Source: Promethearchaeia archaeon (lineage in GTDB: Archaea; Asgardarchaeota; Lokiarchaeia; Sigyniarchaeales; SOKP01). From it: a stretch of DNA of 64,000 nucleotides. Location: positions 13,521-77,520 of the forward strand of contig JAWOCD010000111.1 in assembly GCA_046483985.1 (NCBI GenBank). Direction: 5' to 3'. The translations under genes and the position numbers were made by a program. Positions 61,393 through 64,000 of the stretch are shown one piece after another; the first letter of the stretch is position 1, and each line of letters begins with the position of its first letter. The notes beneath the pieces were generated by a model. That model had not been told where the DNA came from and searched no databases. It saw only the letters and a program-made list of their open reading frames with translations.

Positions 61393-61935
61393 ATGATATG
61401 TTTGAACTTCTATATTGTCGATTTTTCACTCGGGATTCTAATTGTGCTGATAGTAATCCTTCTCTATTCATTTGAAAAACTTAATAGAAAATCGTGGATC
61501 ATTTATTGGATCGGGTTTTTACTTGGCTTAGCATGGGAACTCCCAATGTCCATAGCCAATAAATATAGCCCTTTTCCTCCTGCCAGTTTTATTACGCCTA
61601 TGCCCTCACATTTTATTGTAATTGTTATTATCCATAGTTTCTGGGATGGCGGTTTATTTTTAATCGGATACTTGTTAGTTCTGAAGCTTTGTGATGACCC
61701 ACATTTTGAAGGTTTTAATTGTAGAGAATTAGGCGTTTTAGTTGCATGGGGTCAACTTTCAGAATTAGGAGTGGAGTTAATCAGTACCTTCAATGACGCA
61801 TGGGTATTTAATGTATACTGGTGGAATCCTCAACTATTTAAATTCAATGGACACAATATAACCCTCTTGCCACAATTAATATGGCTAATAGCGCCCCTCA
61901 CGTTTTACTGCATAATTATTAATTATCACATATGA
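61393..61935 (+). CDS. Hypothetical membrane protein
   Basis: About 5 TMs, GLAWELP, HSFWDGG, WWNP. Confidence 0.78.
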   Translation: MICLNFYIVDFSLGILIVLIVILLYSFEKLNRKSWIIYWIGFLLGLAWELPMSIANKYSPFPPASFITPMPSHFIVIVIIHSFWDGGLFLIGYLLVLKLCDDPHFEGFNCRELGVLVAWGQLSELGVELISTFNDAWVFNVYWWNPQLFKFNGHNITLLPQLIWLIAPLTFYCIIINYHI

Positions 61936-61958
61936 AAAGTATTAATATATTTAATATA

Positions 61959-61979
61959 TTTAACGATCTGCGAAAGAAG
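61959..61979 (-). repeat. Dispersed repeat, copy 3 (inverted)
   Basis: Reverse complement CTTCTTTCGCAGATCGTTAAA. Confidence 0.85.
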
Positions 61980-62223
61980 AGAAAACCCAAAAGTTAACCA
62001 ATCAAAATTAGACACATTTCAGACAGAAACTCTTAAATCTTTTGCTTATATTTGGTAACAATGAACTTTAATTGAAATTTCGTCTTTCTCCTAAATAATA
62101 AACTATCATATAAGCCATTTATTTCTAAAATAGTTGAATGACTTACAAAAATTTAATATTTAATTTAATATTAACAAAAATTAATAAAATTAAATTATCA
62201 ACTAGTAAAAGAGATTAAGAATT

Positions 62224-63621
62224 ATGGCAGTAAAAGTAGCATTCATGCAACTCTCATCGTGTTGGGGGTGTCATCAAAGCTTATTGAACGCCCATACGGA
62301 ATTACTACCAATTTTACAGGAATTAGATATTGTATATTGGCCAGCCGTTGTAGATTATAAACATGAGTCTTTAAAAAACAGAGAAGATGGAGAAATTGTG
62401 GTTGGATTTATTGAGGGTGTGGCAAGAACGAAGGAGGACACACACAATATAAAATTGATGAGAAAGAAATGTAAGATTATTGTTGCCATCGGTGCTTGTG
62501 CATGCTATGGCAGTGTAAAAGGTCTTGCTAATCTATATGATAAGGAAGATCTTATAAGGCGAAAATTCATGGAAACCGAATCTATTACTGACGATGATCC
62601 CAAAGAACCAACGGAGCATGTCCCTGGTTTTGAAGACTTTATTGTGAATGTAAAAGAGATTATCGATGTTGATATGTTTATTCCAGGTTGTCCACCAAAG
62701 ACTGAAAATATTATAGCAGCAGTAAAATATCTGCTCAGTTTAGTAGGAAAAGGACCAGAATCCTTGGATAAGAAGAGTTGTGTTTGTGAAACTTGCAATC
62801 TTTATGATGAAGGTTGCTTTTTAGATGAGGGAAAATTATGCTATGGTCCAATTACTGCAGGTGGATGTGATTTAATGTGTCCAAATAATGGCGATATATG
62901 TTATGGATGCTTTAGACCAACAAATGAGCCTGGTGACAAAGCGGAACAGTTGATATCGATAATAGACGATATTGATATATTATCGGAGCAGCAAGCTGCA
63001 AGCATACAGCATTTCCTTGACTTATATTTATCTGCATCGAATATAACTAATTTTTACTTCCGTGGAGATCTGCTTCAAAGACTTGCTTATGAACCCGACA
63101 GTTTTGAGGTGGAAGAAGTCGGCGATGAAGGAAAATTAACGATTAAAGCAGATCCGACGGGGGTAGAGATACTCGATAAACTCGTTGGAAAGGCTTTATT
63201 CCTATTAAAAGATGATCCTAATTTTAAATTCAGTTCAAAAACTGTGTGTAGCCATTGCGATAGAGTCGTTGCTGATAAAGTACCAACAGATTTAAAGCGC
63301 GATCACGAAGGTTTACCTGAAATGGATACGTGCTTTTTGGAGCAAGGATATATCTGTTTAGGGCCAGTAACCCAAGCAGGATGCGGTACAATTTGTCCAA
63401 ATAAGGCAAATGCTCCATGTTTAGGATGTTATGGTCCACCAGTAGGAGTAGAAGAACAAGGAGCTAAATTCATAAGCATGTTTGGTTCTTTATGCGCTGA
63501 AAAGGATCCAGAAGATATTATGGAAGTAATAAAAGATCCCGCGGGTTTATTCAACAGATTTACCTTAGCTGATAGCATTTTAGGACGTAAATATCATGAT
63601 AATTTTAAGGAGGATGAATAA
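62224..63621 (+). CDS. mvhG: Group 3 [NiFe]-hydrogenase small subunit, MvhG-like, with duplicated C-terminal Fe-S module
   Basis: SCWGC, IEG, GACACYG, IPGCPP plus two CxxC..C..CxGPxTxxGCxxxCP..CxGC modules; 465 aa. Confidence 0.9.
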   Translation: MAVKVAFMQLSSCWGCHQSLLNAHTELLPILQELDIVYWPAVVDYKHESLKNREDGEIVVGFIEGVARTKEDTHNIKLMRKKCKIIVAIGACACYGSVKGLANLYDKEDLIRRKFMETESITDDDPKEPTEHVPGFEDFIVNVKEIIDVDMFIPGCPPKTENIIAAVKYLLSLVGKGPESLDKKSCVCETCNLYDEGCFLDEGKLCYGPITAGGCDLMCPNNGDICYGCFRPTNEPGDKAEQLISIIDDIDILSEQQAASIQHFLDLYLSASNITNFYFRGDLLQRLAYEPDSFEVEEVGDEGKLTIKADPTGVEILDKLVGKALFLLKDDPNFKFSSKTVCSHCDRVVADKVPTDLKRDHEGLPEMDTCFLEQGYICLGPVTQAGCGTICPNKANAPCLGCYGPPVGVEEQGAKFISMFGSLCAEKDPEDIMEVIKDPAGLFNRFTLADSILGRKYHDNFKEDE

Positions 63622-63623
63622 CA

Positions 63624-64000
63624 ATGGTAAAAGAAATAGAAGTAGAACCAGTTACCCGGTTAGAAGGTCACGGCGACCTTCGTGTTGTCCTTGGGGACGA
63701 CGGGAAGGTTAAAGATGCACAGTTCAATATTACTTCTACGAGATTTTTTGAGAAGTTCGTAGAAGGACGATATTGCGAGCACGTGCCCCGGATTACCCCT
63801 CGTATTTGCGGAATTTGTCCGATCCCGCATCATCTTACCCCGACTAAGGCGGTAGAGGATGCATGGGGTGTGGAGATTCCCGATCCGGCATTAAAGTTGC
63901 GGAAGTTGTTAATCAATGCAAAGCAATATTCTTCGCATGCATTACATTTTTATGCCTTAGCAGCACCGGACTTTCTGCTCGGACCGTTCGCTGACCCCGC
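63624..64000 (+). CDS. mvhA: Group 3c-type [NiFe]-hydrogenase large subunit, N-terminal part (truncated by window; absent from ORF track)
   Basis: MVKEIEVEPVTRLEGHG, RFFEKF, L1 motif RICGICPIPH, SHALHFYALAAPD. Confidence 0.93.
   Translation, partial: MVKEIEVEPVTRLEGHGDLRVVLGDDGKVKDAQFNITSTRFFEKFVEGRYCEHVPRITPRICGICPIPHHLTPTKAVEDAWGVEIPDPALKLRKLLINAKQYSSHALHFYALAAPDFLLGPFADP

Noticed and set aside
1-64000. CRISPR array or cas genes
   Set aside because: No run of three or more regularly spaced repeats and no cas-like ORF; the two-copy repeats at 9788 and 46235 are insufficient

Overview
AT-rich archaeal chromosomal segment, most likely an Asgard archaeon of the Lokiarchaeia type. This is inferred from BRE/TATA promoters, oligo-T terminators, many leaderless genes, fwd/hdr/mvh content without mcr, and FN3-like and multi-TM protein families. 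The backbone is anaerobic energy and C1 metabolism: hypF (3' part), fwdA, a split hdrCB / hdrA, an HdrD-like CCG protein, mvhD-fwdG, two short FwdF-like polyferredoxins, fwdFDBC, fdhD, two mobA, tusA-dsrE, an enlarged mvhG and the 5' part of mvhA. Housekeeping and transport genes include hisFH, purF, PiT with two DUF47, CDF, MscS, GH3 and GDPD. A small defence/TA island at about 43.4-48.2 kb holds PIN/UPF0175, MNT-HEPN, a tRNA 3'-end relic and an ATPase-nuclease gene bracketed by a double-palindrome direct repeat. No rRNA, complete tRNA, CRISPR array, intact transposase or selenoprotein was seen. The most unusual signals are mostly non-coding: (i) at least six orphan IS200/IS605-type right ends, mostly at gene 3' ends, one arranged repeat-spacer-repeat; (ii) a second dispersed 21-23 bp repeat; (iii) a perfect 30-bp copy of hdrA coding sequence 9 kb away in an intergenic gap; (iv) two divergent SD-led micro-ORFs between hdrB and hdrA; (v) many decayed gene shards; (vi) probable ATA/ATT start codons. 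On the protein side, the MvhG carries a duplicated Fe-S module, and a B12 radical SAM enzyme is a candidate tetraether-lipid modifier. All calls come from manual motif recognition; no database search was run.
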